This document shows positions 1 through 14,895 of a stretch of 64,000 bases of DNA, one piece after another. Source of the DNA: Carcharhinus amblyrhynchos (Eukaryota). The stretch covers positions 69,626,001 to 69,690,000 of the forward strand of contig OZ336883.1 in assembly GCA_965287045.1 (NCBI GenBank). Direction: 5' to 3'. The position numbers were made by a program, and so were the translations under genes. The notes beneath the pieces are model-generated. The model worked only from the letters and a program-made list of their open reading frames with translations. It had not been told where the DNA came from and searched no databases. The stretch's first letter is position 1; every line of letters begins with the position of its first letter.

Positions 1-20
1 GGGGGGGTTGGTGGTGAAAA

Positions 21-36
21 GAGAGAGAGAGAGAGA
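21..36. repeat. (GA)n microsatellite
   Basis: Short run of GA dinucleotides visible directly. Confidence 0.8.
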
Positions 37-819
37 TCCCAGATTTCTAGTACTTTTGACAAGATTATGTCATCCCATTCTTTATTATCCCATTAGTGGA
101 AGTCATTTCTTTGTATCTACCCTTTTGTATCCTTTCAGTATTTAAACTACCAGATGATGTTATTTACCTGCTGAAATCCCAATTCAATCCCCAGCAAGTT
201 AATTTGCTGTCAGCTGCTGCTGTTCATTGCTGGCACTGGGATGGCACCAGGATAACGTTTGGAGTGATGTGGACAGCCACTGCATAGTTACGTGGCCTGC
301 TTACACTCCTCTGGGAACTCTGCCCAGTGCACTCATGCAAGCTCCACCAATGTTATAAATTAAAAGTAACAGTAAAAGTAAATATTTGACACTGCTCCAC
401 CGCAATCTTCAATAACGTGCTAGTTTTAAATCAGCAATTTAAGAAGCAGAAAAAAATGATGCGGTGGGGGGGAGGCACTGCTAAAAATCACTCCTCTGTC
501 CTTGCCTCTGATCTCCCTCATCCTGCTGTAATCCTACTGTTGCCCCCATCCCACCTTCACTTACTTTTAGCATGGGGTCCTTTTTGATCCTGGGCCTCTG
601 CTGAGTACATTACAGGCAGCAGTCACCTTTCCTGCTGATAGATCAGCGGCAGCTCTTGGCGGGGTTGGAGAAAGTCAGGGTGTGTTGAATTTCCTCCCAC
701 GGGATCCCTAATCCAGGGAGCAAGTCTAATATGGCCACTTAAGTGCCTGATGGGAACTTGATATTAATGGGCCTATGCCAAGACTGCAAGACCCCTGGTG
801 CAAACATTAAATTCTATCT

Positions 820-920
820 GTCGAGGACTTAGCGGGTTAAATTACGAGGACAGACTGCATAAACTTGGTTTGTATTCTCTTCCACACAGAAGAGTAAGGG
901 TTGATCTGATCACGGTGAAG
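820..920 (+). mobile_element. Short decayed CR1 ORF2 fragment
   Basis: Reads as GLSGLNYEDRLHKLGLYSL, matching other CR1 copies in this window. Confidence 0.6.
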
Positions 921-976
921 ATTTTGCTGGATTAACATAATAAATCAATTGCTAAAGTAAAACCTTCACATCTCAC

Positions 977-1035
977 CTGGGTTTCTGTCAAGCTGAGAAG
1001 CCAATCTGGTATTTGAATGATCCACTCGCTTTGTG
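977..1035 (-). CDS. PCNX1: PCNX1 exon 17/17: TKRVDHSNTRLASQLDRNP(G)
   Basis: taatag acceptor, gtgaga donor, 59 nt (phase 2 to 1); continues the pecanex motif DYNTKRVDHSNTRL. Confidence 0.94.
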
Positions 1036-1109
1036 CTATTAAACAAACAGACATTTTAACACAGAAACAAAACAAAAGCACACAAAATGAAACTGCAACA
1101 CCCAGCAAT

Positions 1110-1200
1110 AGTAAGAAGTCTCACAACACCAAGTTAAAAACCAACAGGTTTATCTGGGGTCACAAGCTTTCGCAGTACTGCTCCTTCATCAGGTGAGTCA
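1110..1200 (-). mobile_element. Penelope-like element terminus (family A) with partly decayed hammerhead motif
   Basis: Reverse complement reads tcac-CTGATGA-a-ggagcagtactgc-GAAA-gctt-gtga...ataaacctgttgg; homologous to 43797-43890 and 55810-55985. Confidence 0.65.
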
Positions 1201-1814
1201 CTTGATAGTTTCAGTGTGGGCAACTGGTAGTTATATTTTGACAGAACAAAACAGTTCTCGATTTCTCAAAATTGCCAAACTCACTTAAATCACAAGATGG
1301 TTGATGTGGGGAGAACACAATTGGGGCTCTCTTCTCGGGTAACAACAGAGAAAGGAAGTTTTAATTTCTATCTCTTTGTGCAATAGTTATCTTGAAAATG
1401 CCTAGTACAGACAGTGCTAAAATGAGAACTGATTGATATTCCTGTAAAACTACTCTTGACAAAATAATTTCTTTTGACATGTGAAGAAGGAGCTCCTGCC
1501 ATCTACTGTGCTCTGTTGCATCTCAAGACCCAGAGATCCAATAGTGTTAGTTTAATCTACTTCCTAGAGATCCCACAATCTACCAACTGCCTTCATCAGC
1601 TTTCATGTCATTGTTTTTGAACAGCGATGGTAGTGTTACATTTAAAGAGGAATAGTGTTGCAACCATTCCACAGCACTCAGTATTATAAATTGTAAAGCA
1701 CTTTGGTACAGAAATAACAAACTGCATTATACAGAAACTTTAGAATCGCTAAATGACTCAACGTCCTTTGCAGGCATGCTTTCTGTCAAAATTCAGTACT
1801 GAATGGCATAGACA

Positions 1815-2460
1815 TTGGGACAGGTGATCAAAAACTGTGTCAAAGGGTTAGGTTTTAAGGTGTAAATTAAAAGAGAGTGAGAGGCAGCAAGGCAGAGAAG
1901 TTCAGGAAGGAAAATCTGGAACTCGGGTGCTAAGCAGATGAGGGCACAGCTGAAGTGATGTAAATAATGGATATACTAAGAGATCAGAAAGTGCATGAGT
2001 GCAAATATCTCTGCAGGTTGTAGGAGCTGGAAGAGCTGCATAGAAAATTAGAGAAGTCACGGAGGGATTTGAACAACAAGATGAGAATTTAAAAATAGTG
2101 CAATTACCAAAAGGGAACAAGCACAGTGATGACGTCAGGGCAGGACTTGGTACAAATTCGGATATGAGCAGCAGAGACTGAATGAGTTCAAATTTATGGA
2201 GGGTGATAAGTGGGAGGCTGGCCAGACAAGTACTGGAATAGCTAGACCTGAAGATAACAAAGGCGCTGATGAGGGCTTCAGTAGTAGGCACTGAGGCTGG
2301 GTGGATATGGGAGATGTAATGGAGGCAGAGGTAGACATTTTTGGTGATGTACAGAACATGGGGTTGGAAGCTCAAGAGGGTAGAACAGCACAAGATTCTG
2401 AACAATCTGGTTTAGAGACAGTGGAGGGGTATGGAGTTGGTGGCAAGAGAATGAAGATTA
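1815..2460 (-). mobile_element. Old L2-like LINE 3' ORF2 fragment
   Basis: Purine-rich plus strand; decayed peptide resembles the L2 C-terminus (HISHIHP...EALISAFV...LHKFELIQ); related to 19190-19670. Confidence 0.55.
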
Positions 2461-2479
2461 TGGCGGACTGGGTAGATTC

Positions 2480-2815
2480 AGAAAGAATATTCCCATTGTG
2501 GGGGTGGCATCTGGAACTTTGAGGATATGGGGAAAACCTTTCAGAACTGAGGTGAGGAGAAATTTCTTCACCCAGAAGGTGGTGAATGTGTGGAATTCAC
2601 CCAGAGGGTGGTGAATGTATGGAATTCACTACCACCGAATATAGTTGAGGCCAAATGTTGTCTGATTTCAAGAAATTAGATATAGCACTTGGGGATCAAG
2701 GGATATGGGAGGAAGGCGGGAATCAAGATATTGAATTTGATGATCAGCAGTGATTAAGATAAATGGTGGAGCAGGCTCGAAGAGCCGAATGGCCTACTTC
2801 TGCTTCTACTTCTAT
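2480..2815 (+). mobile_element. CR1 LINE 3' end with an internal 29-bp tandem duplication (2567-2624)
   Basis: FRTEVRRNFFTQKVVNVWNS-type coding remnant plus CR1 3' UTR (gagcaggctcgaagagccgaatggcctact). Confidence 0.8.
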
Positions 2816-3182
2816 ATACATTAGCACAGAAGACACAAAAAGAGAAAGTAGCAAACTAAAGGTTGCTTACTTTACCACAAAATAGATTATAATTTTCATG
2901 AATTTGACTTTAAGTTCCATGACTTCTAACCATGCTTCTCTCAAAATGTTTATTGTGGCAAAATTACAGTTATTTGGATGATAAATGTTCAAGTTCTTAA
3001 ATTAAACGTCAGTGCTTAGCATCACCAGGTGCCACTAACAATAAGCCCATTTCATTCAATGAGTGGTAAAGGAAGAAAAATAACAGTAATATTAAATGTC
3101 AAAAGGAGAACTTTGTTTTTAAGCAGCACACCTCTTTCACTGACATCGTTAAGCTTATTATTACATCATATAAACACACTTA

Positions 3183-3337
<155 letters not shown>

Positions 3338-3744
3338 TAAAAAGCACATATCCTAACCACACTACACATTGCACTGAAATCTCTGGAACAGTGGCATGTA
3401 ATGGACCAAAGAGCTTTCTCCATCCAAACCCAGCTTAAGGCCACATTGTAAGTCTTCTCTACTGACCCAGTAGTTACATTCCTTCAGACTGGTCTGCTTG
3501 TTGTGTAAGGATCTCTGTATCTGTTAGAATAACTCTTCAGTAGTCCATTTTGTTTAGCAATTCAATCCTCCAAAGAAAAATACAATAGCAATTAACAATT
3601 CCAGCAAGAAGTGGACTGATTCCTGCCTCAAAAGGAGTACTGTCAAAAATACTCAGCAAGCTCATATGCCAACTTATTTGTTGAAAATCACACATGTGGA
3701 TGGACTTTTTAGTGCTGAACTGTAAGAGACTTTGGAGCAGTGTT

Positions 3745-4105
3745 TTTTAATTCATTTGAGGGGCATGGGCAGCCCATCCCTACTTGCCCTTGAGAGGGTG
3801 ATGGTGAGCTGCCTTCCTGAAATGATGTGGCCCATGTGCTGTGGACTGTCTCGTAAATGCCGTTAGGGAGGGAATTCCAGGAAATTGACCAAGCAACTGC
3901 AAAGGAATAGTAATATATTTCCAAGTCAGGATGGTGAGTGATTTGGAGGGGAACTTGTAGGTGGTGGTGTTTCCAGGTATCTGCTGCCCTTGTCCTGCTA
4001 GATGGAGGTGATCTTGAGTTTGGAAGGTGCTGTCTAAGGCTCTTTGATAAATTTCTGCAGTGCATTTTATAGATAGTACACACCGCTGCTAGTGAGCATC
4101 AGTGG
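3745..4105 (-). mobile_element. LINE 3' end (CR1/L2 group), same family as 29570-30230
   Basis: Shares CTIYKMHCRN coding remnant and 3' tail (gggcaagtagggatggg) with the 29570-30230 copy. Confidence 0.75.
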
Positions 4106-4807
4106 TTCAGCATCAATATCTCTCTACAACTGTCCTCTATTCGTCGTTAACTATATCAAAGCTGGTACAAATACAGGATAGGAACAAAATAAAATCATTT
4201 ACTTCTGCAGCCTGGCTTTCAGTCAATAGAAATGCATTCTAATTGATTGGTTTCACAAAGCAATGTTTCTTTTGCATACCTTTAGCTGCTTTTATTCCAA
4301 CCAAAAAACCCAATTCAAATTAAATCCAATCCATGTTCACCACGTGAGGGACAAACAAGAACCCAACTGACAGGATGAGACATTGCACCCCACCCTGGGC
4401 TCAATCTGATGCTTCATCTTAGGCCAAAGGCCAAGATGGCATTGAAATATTGCATCAGGTAAAACCTCAGTTTAACTTTATTGGCTACCTTGATCTTTTA
4501 CTCTACCCTAACCTGGGCAAATCACCACCGCAGGTGTCAGCACAACCCCACTGCAATGATCACCTGCTTGATCATGGTTGATGGCATTTTTCCAACCAGG
4601 TACATCAGTCCAGAGCATTGCAATGCAAATTGCAAATGTGTCAGAATTAAGTAGTGTTCAAAACCAGACTTCAGCACACTCTTACGAAATGAGTATCACA
4701 ACCTAGATCGTGGAACACATTTTCATGATTGCTAATACAGAACTACTTTGAACACCTTACTCCTTATAATAAACAGTACTGTAACATCAATGTACAATAC
4801 AAGTGTA

Positions 4808-4945
4808 GAGCTCAGTCAAAGGGTCATCCACACTTGAAACGTTAACGCTGTTCTCTCTCTCCACAGATGTTGTCAGACCTGCAGAGATTTTCCAGCACTT
4901 TCTATTTTTGTTTCAGATTCCATCATCGCGGTAATTCGCTTTTAA
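4808..4945 (+). mobile_element. Penelope-like terminus (family B), decayed hammerhead
   Basis: gggtcatcca-cactt-GAAACGTT followed by ctctctccacagatg...ttttccagca; homologous to 16785-16890 and 48327-48516. Confidence 0.55.
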
Positions 4946-5116
4946 TAATAAAAGTGAATTGTGCTTGTGCTTTTAAAACACATCTAATGTCCTCTGTGTG
5001 GTTTATTTTGCTTGAATCGATGCCCTCGTTCAGGTTTTATTATAATAGAAGGTTAACTGCTCATCTGAGCATTAGGTTGGCCCAGGTATGCAGCTAATCC
5101 TCAGCTCTCAAGGCTA

Positions 5117-5350
<234 letters not shown>

Positions 5351-5769
5351 TTAAGTATGTACATTTTTAATGCTTAACACTTTCACATTACACTTCAATG
5401 GAATAATGGTTGAAGTTGAATTGCCAATTAAAAGTTTCATCTTCCTTTAGTTAACGTTTAATGATGGTTTTGAAACAAATAGTCCAGGTTAGCATTGCTT
5501 AGTTATCTCATTTTCTTTCCCAAGTTAACACTTTCCACTGTAACAGTATCTCTAGCTTCTGGTTCCTGGTACTGTCCCACCTTTCCCCAGTTGTCACTCG
5601 CTGTTTTGCCATTATGCTCCATGGGAAAAACCATGAGCAACACTGACCTCTCCATTCACAAAGATGTGAAAAATCCACCAAAAAAGCACTTAAAAATCAC
5701 ACTTAAAGCACTTAAAAGCACTTGAAAGTCTGGAAAACTGTTATTAAAACTGTTATTAAAACATATTTA

Positions 5770-7350
5770 TGCAGGTCATACCAACAACAAGACCTCTGGA
5801 GCACACGGAATCCTTCCTTAAATTCTGAAATATGATGGAGATACACTCCTGGCATAGCTGTGCAACCTCATATCCCTCATCTGGGAGGAACAGCACATAC
5901 CAAGGGATCTCAGGGACTCTGTGATCATGACTATATTCAAGAAGGGAAACAACTTCAACTGTAGTAACTAAAGAGGACTCCTCCACAGTCTGCCACAGGG
6001 AAGATTACCGCAAGGATCCTCCTAAACTGCTTCCTCCCTGTGGCTGAGGAACACCTTACACAATTGCAGTGAGGATTTCACCAATTGAAAGGCACCAACA
6101 ATCACTGTATGTGGCCTTTCCAAAGTCACTGACTATGCTAACAGTGAGGCATATGGAGGATTCTCCTCAAATTTGGATACCCTCAGAAATTTGCCACCAT
6201 CTTCCAAGTTACCCACGTGTGTAGACTATCTAGTGGTGGCACGGTAGCACAGTGGTTAGCACTGCTGCCTCACAGTGCCAGAGACCTGGGTTTTGATTCC
6301 AGCTTGGGTCACTGTCTGTGTGGAGTTTGCACGTTCTTCCCGTGTCTGCGGATTTCCTCCAGGTGCTCCGCTTTCTTCCACAGTCCAAAAGACGTGCTAG
6401 TTGGGTGAAATGGCCATGCTAAATTCTCCCTCAGTGTACCTGAACAGGTGTCGGAGTGTGGCAACTAAGGGATTTTCACAGCAACTTCATTGCAGTGTGA
6501 ATGTAAGCGTACTTCTGACTATTAAATAAACAGATGGGAAATTATTCAACTGATGCCACCTTTAATCCAAAACTAAAGCCACTCCAACATCAGTTATTGA
6601 GCTTCAGTATGTATGATGATGCTTGTTTCTGTTCTCACTCGGACACTAAGCTGCAGATCGCTAAACATTAAACATCTAGAAAACCTGCTCCTAGAGCTTC
6701 AAACTTCCCACAATCAATCAGGATCCATGGTGAGATCCTGGAATATGTGGACCATTTTCCCTGTCTTGGGAGCCTCTTCTCATTGAAGGCAGGCATAGAC
6801 AATGAAATATATCATCACCTCCAATATTTCATCACAGCCTTCCAATGGCTGAGTGAAAGAGGACCGTCATTTTAAACCCAAGAATAAGGTCACAGTTTAC
6901 TGGGTAGCAGTGACCCCACAAAACTCTACGCTTTGGAGACTAGGACAGCAAAAACTGGAAAAGTATCAGCAGTGGTGTCTTCCACAAATCCTGGGCCAGA
7001 AAAGGCACTCCATCAGCAGCTTCAAGGTGCCAGTCAATCAAAACCAATCATATGCATGACATCAGGCTGGCAAAGCAATTGCCCTACTCAGAACTAGGTT
7101 GTGACAGGAGACTTCCAGGAGGGAAGCAGAAATGTTTTAGGGGTGTCTTCAAAGCATTCCTAAATAGTTCAAACACCCGTGCTGACTTATGCTGGCTTGT
7201 GTCCGACCAAAATGAAGAAGAGTCATTCAAAAAGGCACCAAACACATTCAGGTACTTTGCAGGAACGTGCAGCAGTGAAGTTGAGGCATCAGAAGGAGCA
7301 GACAAACCTCCAAAAAAGCCCTTCAACTGCCAGCTGCCTCACAGGAACTC
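5770..7350 (+). mobile_element. Decayed RTE-clade LINE, interrupted by a SINE at 6235-6531
   Basis: Frameshifted RT-like remnants (WRILLKFGYPQKF, YDDA, VDHFPCLGSLFS, RLAKQLPYSELG...GGKQKCF) typical of RTE ORFs. Confidence 0.6.
6235..6531 (+). mobile_element. tRNA-derived V-domain (HE1-like) SINE, tail type 2
   Basis: A-box-like ggtagcacagtggttagc, B-box-like ggttttgattcc, V core, tail ggattttcacagcaacttcattgcagtg...aaataaac. Confidence 0.88.
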
Positions 7351-7835
7351 AAAGTGCTGTGGAAGCAAGTCATCCTGACCTCAAGGCCTAAGAGGGTCAA
7401 CCCCTCCACCAAGTTGGATCAACTCATGGACACATGCAGCATAAGGGACCAACACCTCATCAATGACCATAGCGTACGGTCCTTTGATGACAACGGGCAG
7501 CACTCAAACAAATTCATTTAGGGCATGGTTGACATGGCCACCTGTCTACAAGTGGAAAACAAATAATGACGTGGAGTGCAATTATATTCATGAGTTCCAG
7601 ATCATGGAAAATATTAACATCTATCCACTGTGATCTTTTGCAGGAGGCACCCCATTTCTCCACTAGGCATCTCAGGGGGCCATTGTAAGGATAGCCAAAC
7701 TAGACATTATTCATTTTCCTGTTAAATGAAAGTAGTAGCGAACATACAATAGACAAGGTAAATCGTCCCTGAAATTAATTGTTACCCTATATTCTACAAC
7801 ACATGTAAAATCATTAAACTGTGTAACTCTGTTCA

Positions 7836-8159
<324 letters not shown>

Positions 8160-8449
8160 TCAAGCAAAATTATGAGGATTGAATCACTAGGGTTATCAAA
8201 CTAATATTAATGCTACGAGAATTGTATTCCAAACAAAAGAGCCATTTTCTACTAAATGAATTTACTTAACTATTACTGAATAAATCAATGTATTATTCCA
8301 GCTCTATTCTGTGTCATCAACATGGTATTATTGCTGTTAATCAGATCAGAGAATCCCATTCCACAAAAAAACCCAGAAGGGGTCCATTACAGTTCCACAT
8401 GAAAAATTAAAATTCAAGTATGTTAAAAGTTTACTTCAAATAATTTTAG

Positions 8450-8805
8450 GGGAGACGGCAAGTGGTAATATCACTGGGCTGGAAATCCAAAGGCCCGGGC
8501 TAATGTAATGGGGATGCGGGTTCAAGTCCCAGCAGTTGGAATATAAAGCTAGTCTCAATAATGGTGAACATGAATCTATCATTGATCGTTGTAAAAACCC
8601 ATCTGGTTCATTAATGTTCTGGAGGGAAGGAAATCTGCTCTCCTTACCCAGTGTGACCAACATGTGAGCCCAGACCAAACGCATTGAGGTTGACACTAAA
8701 CTGCCCCCTAAAAAAGCTCAGTGAGCCACTCAGTTCAAGGGCATTTAGGGATGGGTAACAAATACTGATCTTGCCAGTGACACCCACTTCCAGTGAATAT
8801 AAATA
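8450..8805 (+). mobile_element. tRNA-derived SINE, second family, sharing its tail with the LINE at 29570-30230
   Basis: B box ggttcaagtccc; body matches 46436-46792 on the opposite strand; tail agggcatttagggatggg. Confidence 0.8.
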
Positions 8806-9288
8806 ATAGCAAACATTCCAAGTTGAAAGCCTGAGCCTAGTCAAACCCACATCTCTGTGCCAACTTCATGAGTTATTTATGTGCATATCTAGTCAGATCT
8901 GCCAACAGCAATGCACTTGAAACAAAATATAATGAGGAACACACATGGAAATGGTTTCTTGTACAATAAAAGAAAACTATGGATGTAACTTTCTTGATGG
9001 TTCATACGTAGTTAGCACATCTTCATGAATAACTCAGAGAAAACAGACAAGCACAGGTAAACCACTTCCTAATTTTTGGAAGTGAATCTAGATTCAGACT
9101 CATGGGAGGCCACTCTAAGCTATTCAGTACGCTTCTTGAGTTGTCAGGTCTGGGAAGTCGCTAAGAACTACAAAGTGGCCTTCTGCCTCTGCCAGAAATT
9201 GTGTATGATACAAAAAAATAGTTGAGAAAGGGAAAAGGAATCCTTAGGAACATAGTTGAGGAAGAGAATAATAAAGAGAAACACCTTA

Positions 9289-9534
<246 letters not shown>

Positions 9535-10231
9535 TTAACAAAAAAAACATGATCAGCACATACAAATGACAATAATTGAAGTATTCATATTGGCAGTGAC
9601 TGGAGTATCACCAAAATTTGTAACTAAAATAGTTTTGCAATACACCACTCTTGCTCAAAGTAATCAAAATATTCTAATTACCCAGTGATTTCTTTAGAAT
9701 ATTTCAAACATTTTGAAACTATTTCTCAGCTGCAACAAAAAGCACAGGTTGAGTGTTTTATTTACACAAGGTGTGAAGGTTATTCCCTCCAAGTGAAATT
9801 TACAAAATAACTGCACTTTAGTTAACTGTAGAAATGTTTATTTCCTCCAACTCAAGTTTTAAAATTTTATCCAATACTGACTATCAACGTATGCCAATTA
9901 AATGGAAGATTGGTAAAGAAGGAGTTTGAAATGTAACCTCAATAGGGCCTGATTAAATCACCTCCGTTAGTTTGCTTATCCCTTACTCATTCCCCAAACT
10001 ATTTTTCCAGTCATTTTGGGAGCTACCTTGGTCAATTCTTTTTAATGAACCTTTGCATCCTTAAAGACCAGCTTTCATTTTGAACATGCTTCTTGGCTAA
10101 AAAATTGAGCTGATTTCATCAGAATATCGCAGCACTATACTGGTAAACGTCATTGACTTCATTGCCAGATTATTTTGAAGGATGTTAGTTTGAGATGTTA
10201 CATTGCAACAATTAAATCAATAAGCAATTCA

Positions 10232-10474
<243 letters not shown>

Positions 10475-11318
10475 TCAATACATTTATTTCAGTATACTCG
10501 GTCTGCAGTTCTTAATGGCAATTTGTCATGTCAGGCACTTTTGAATATTTTAACAATATAACATAAACACAAATTTAATTTAATTTCTTAAAATTAAAGA
10601 CTAAGGGACCTATGAGATTTTGTATCCTTTTTAATGGCATTACTGTAAGTCTCCTGCTAGCCATCCCCTTCATTTTCGGCACAGAGGAGGAGTTAAAATT
10701 CAACCCCTTACATGCATTGTGATCCAAAAATGAAGATCAACACCCTTCAACACAATACACTTCAGAAGTGTTGAGTAACAACGTAACATTTACTATCCAG
10801 CAACTTTTCCACTTTTTTCCCGAAGCTAATATTGCCCACTTGCTTGATTTATCCGAGCCACACAAAAATAGTGTCCATGATGACAAGATATCTGACAGGG
10901 CTTTTACACAATAGGACAGCCACCCAAGGTGGACACAAAGTTATTCTTATGTTGACGGCGCTTCACTATACAAACCATGCTTTCTACATGGCCTTCTTGG
11001 TAATCCTTTCTCTAAAGATGACAATAAATAAAAAGTTGTCCACTCTCCCCTGAGCAACTAACCAATGCAGTCCTCATTCCAGATGCTGAATATTCTCTAA
11101 TTTCCACTAACCAGTGGGAGATGGCATATAACTTTGCAGCAGTTATTTAGCATTGTAGAATTAGAAACTAAGAACATTTAATGGTGATTAATATTTGAAC
11201 AATAACTGTTTACATCAATGATCCCATCCCGCTTATAAATACATCACAAAGGTTTTATCTGTATAGGTGACTTGTTCTGTATAATTTAACCATTAAGTGG
11301 CCAATTGTACGTAACTCA

Positions 11319-11612
11319 GGGCAGCAGGACGGCACAGTGGTTAGTCCTGCTGCCTCACAGCGTCATAGACTTGTGCTCGATTCCGGCCTGGGTCACTGCC
11401 TGTGTAGAGTTCTCCCCCTGTCTGCGTGGGTTTCCTCTGGGTGCTTCAGTTTCCTCCCACAGTCTGAAAGACGTATTGTTTAGGTGCATTGGGCATGTTA
11501 AATTCTCCCTCAGTGTATCTGCACAGGTACTAGAGTGTGGTGACTAGGGGATTTTCACAGTAACTTCTACACAGTGTTAATGTAAGCCTGCTTGTTACAC
11601 TAATAAATAAAT
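11319..11612 (+). mobile_element. V-domain SINE, tail type 2
   Basis: Full-length match to the 6235-6531 family. Confidence 0.88.
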
Positions 11613-12782
11613 GCAAAAACTTAAACGTAACCCTTCAAACTGTTGCTGCTGGAATCATCACAAATTTCATGCACTATTGTACTAACTTAAAAAGTCAAAG
11701 GTATTCACTCCCCTGAAGAATTGCTGAAAGAGGTTTCAAGTAATTCAGATTGGTTTTCTTGGTTGCATAACCCCACATGCAGAGATTGCAGATGGAATTG
11801 AAAAAACATTTTTAAAAAATGATTAACGATGTGCAGGTCAATCAGTATATAACTGCAATGGCACTAGTGGGCCAGAACTTGTGCCTCACAGTGTGCCCAG
11901 TCAATTACTGCTTCTTTCATTCTTCATCTTAAATTTTTTGTGCCATTATTTGCTGCAATTGAGAACTAATAAAGGTATGGATTGGGCAACAGGCCTTCAG
12001 TGAATGACTGGAGCAATATGCACTTCCTTAATCAATAGGATTTAAGGATCAAGACAGAAACAGAGGAACGAATGAGAGAAACACAAATTGGGGCAAGTGA
12101 ATTAGAGTCAAGTAGAGTGTAGAAAGATAAAGAGTGAAAGAAAGACTGGGTAAGAGAGGAAAAATTGGTAGACAGGGAAAGTAATAAAACAAACGTTAAA
12201 ACATAAAAGTTAACATGTTTAAAGTTTCCAAAAACAATTAAGGTTACAAGGCTATGGACCAAGAATTAGAAAGTGGGACTAGTGTGGAAATCTCTTTCTT
12301 TGGTAGGCATTCACAGAATGGCATCCTATGCCGTTAATGTCTATAATTATAACAATCAGGGGCTGATTGACATTGCATTAACAATTATCAGGTTATTGAA
12401 ATGGGCTTATTCTGTTAATTACCAGACTTGACCTTCTGTCATGGGTTTAATGAGCAATTAGTGTGCAAAGATTTTTAAAAGAGTTGGGAAACCAAGGGTG
12501 AAATGCTGTTTGTGGAAAGCAAATGATGGAGCCACATAAATCAATAAGCAGGTTCCAGAGATGTGGCAACTTATGGTGTATCTCTTCACTCGCTGACTTT
12601 CACAGCTCACAGCCCAGAGCAAAAGAGTTTAAATATCAAAACAAAAATTCAAAGTTTAATTTTGTTTTTTGTTACTTCACAATCTAAAAAAACTAACTTG
12701 AGACTATAAAAGGCTTTAAAGTTGTAATATGTGCCAATGCTATCCTGTTATTACTACAGTTCTCAAATGGGTTCCGACACCA

Positions 12783-12980
12783 ATGTCTGAGTTTGTAAGT
12801 TCTCCCTGTGTCTGCGTGGGATTCCTCCGGGTGCTCCGTTTTCCTTCCACATTCTGAAAGACGTGCTGGTTAGATGAATTGAACTGAACAGGCGCTGAAG
12901 TGTGGCGGCTAGGGGAATTTCACAGTAACTTCATTGAAGTGTTAATGTAAGCATTACTTGTGACTAATAAATAAACTTTT
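12783..12980 (+). mobile_element. 5'-truncated V-domain SINE, tail type 2
   Basis: V core and tail present, tRNA head missing. Confidence 0.82.
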
Positions 12981-13248
12981 GACTCTATGTCATGATGGCC
13001 TTGGACAATTTTATGATGTTTTCACATCGCCTTGGATTGGATTAACAAACTTTTTGTCACATAACTTTAAACAGTAGATTTTATGCCACCTGGGAATCAG
13101 AAAATGGAATGTGACTCTTCAAATCTTTCGGTGAGATTATGACTAATCTGTGACATAACCCCATACGCTCCGTTTCGCCCCAATTCCTTTAATACCTCTG
13201 GTTGGTTCACAAAAATGTCTCCATTTCTGATTTAAAATGAACTATTTA

Positions 13249-13413
<165 letters not shown>

Positions 13414-14165
13414 CTAGAAAAAAAAACAAGTTATTTTCTAAAAAGTATGCATCAAATCATTGTTAACAATTACACTTAATTATTAACTCCTGTCATTTTC
13501 TTCCCTTAAACTAGCCTCTTCATTGTTAAGGTCCTACTTTGGTTAATCCAATGATTCCTTTGACAAAAACTGTTGTCTAAATGTTCAGGCAAGACACAAA
13601 GATCAGGAAAATTTTGCTTTTGATCCCTGGTCAGACAAGTTATCCAAATCAGGATTTTTTTTGTTGAAAAATAATGCCAAAGTTCCGGACTCCCATACAG
13701 TGACACGTACAAGGATATGCACATTCACTTGGTTCAGGGCTCAACTGTGATGCTCCCCACTTGCCATAACATGGTCAGGCGCCAACATGAGTGCTTCTGG
13801 AATTGCATCTTATCAAGAGTTAGTGCCAGTAACTTAGGTGAACTTGAAAATACTTCCACATAAATAGGGATACGAGTTTAGTAGATAAATTAATAGACCA
13901 TCATCATAGGTTGAGAGTTCAGACCCTACTATGGCAATCTGTGACATTGAATTAAAAATGTATCCAGCATGTTGTGAGCTAGAAGAAGAAAAAGTTGGAG
14001 GACTTTGCAAAAACTCAACTTGTTGACTAAGGCTCTACTGGAAAAGATGTGCCATCAGAACATGGTCAGGGCCTTCGTGCATATCCCAAGAACAAAAATG
14101 TAATACCATATATCTAAAAACTATTTCTAGACTACAAAGTGGTTCATATACCCAAGTAGTAATTA

Positions 14166-14303
<138 letters not shown>

Positions 14304-14499
14304 TTAAAGCAAACACAACAGTACTTTTACTCAACAACCTTAAAGTGGATATTAACTGGGTATTAACGCTTAAAGAGATTATCGCTTTTCACTTCACATC
14401 ACTCTCCATCTGTGAAGGATTTAATCATCTCCTCAATGTGGAGATGAATTTAAGATAAAGGAGGAGAAAATTAACCTATAACTGTAAATGATCTTCTTG

Positions 14500-14895
14500 T
14501 TCTGATTTGATTTATTGTCACACATACTAGTATAGAGTGAGAAGTACTGTTTCTTGCACGCCATGCAGACAAAGCATACTATACAAGCAGAAGGAAATGA
14601 GAAAGTGCAGAATGTAGTGTTAGTCATAGCTAGGGTGTAGAGAAAGATCAACTTAATACGAGGTAGGTCCATTCAAGAGTGTATGGCAGCAAGGAAGAAG
14701 CTGTTCTTGAATCGGTTGGCACGTGCCTTCAAACTTTTGTATCTTTTTCCCAACAGAAGAAGGTGGAAGAGACTATGTCCGGCTGCGTGTGGTCCTTAAT
14801 TATGCTGGCTGCTTTTCCGAGGCAGCGGGAAGTGTAGACAGTGCCACTGGGTGGAAGGCTGGTTTGTGTGATGGACTGGGCTACATTCATGACCC
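14500..14895 (-). mobile_element. Rex1/Babar-like LINE 3' fragment
   Basis: Tail atgtgtgacaataaatcaaatc; homologous to 22410-22865 and the other copies. Confidence 0.75.

Noticed and set aside
2567-2624. 29-bp tandem duplication, and similar short duplications near 5735-5762 and 43155-43203
   Set aside because: Ordinary slippage-type duplications with no sign of function.
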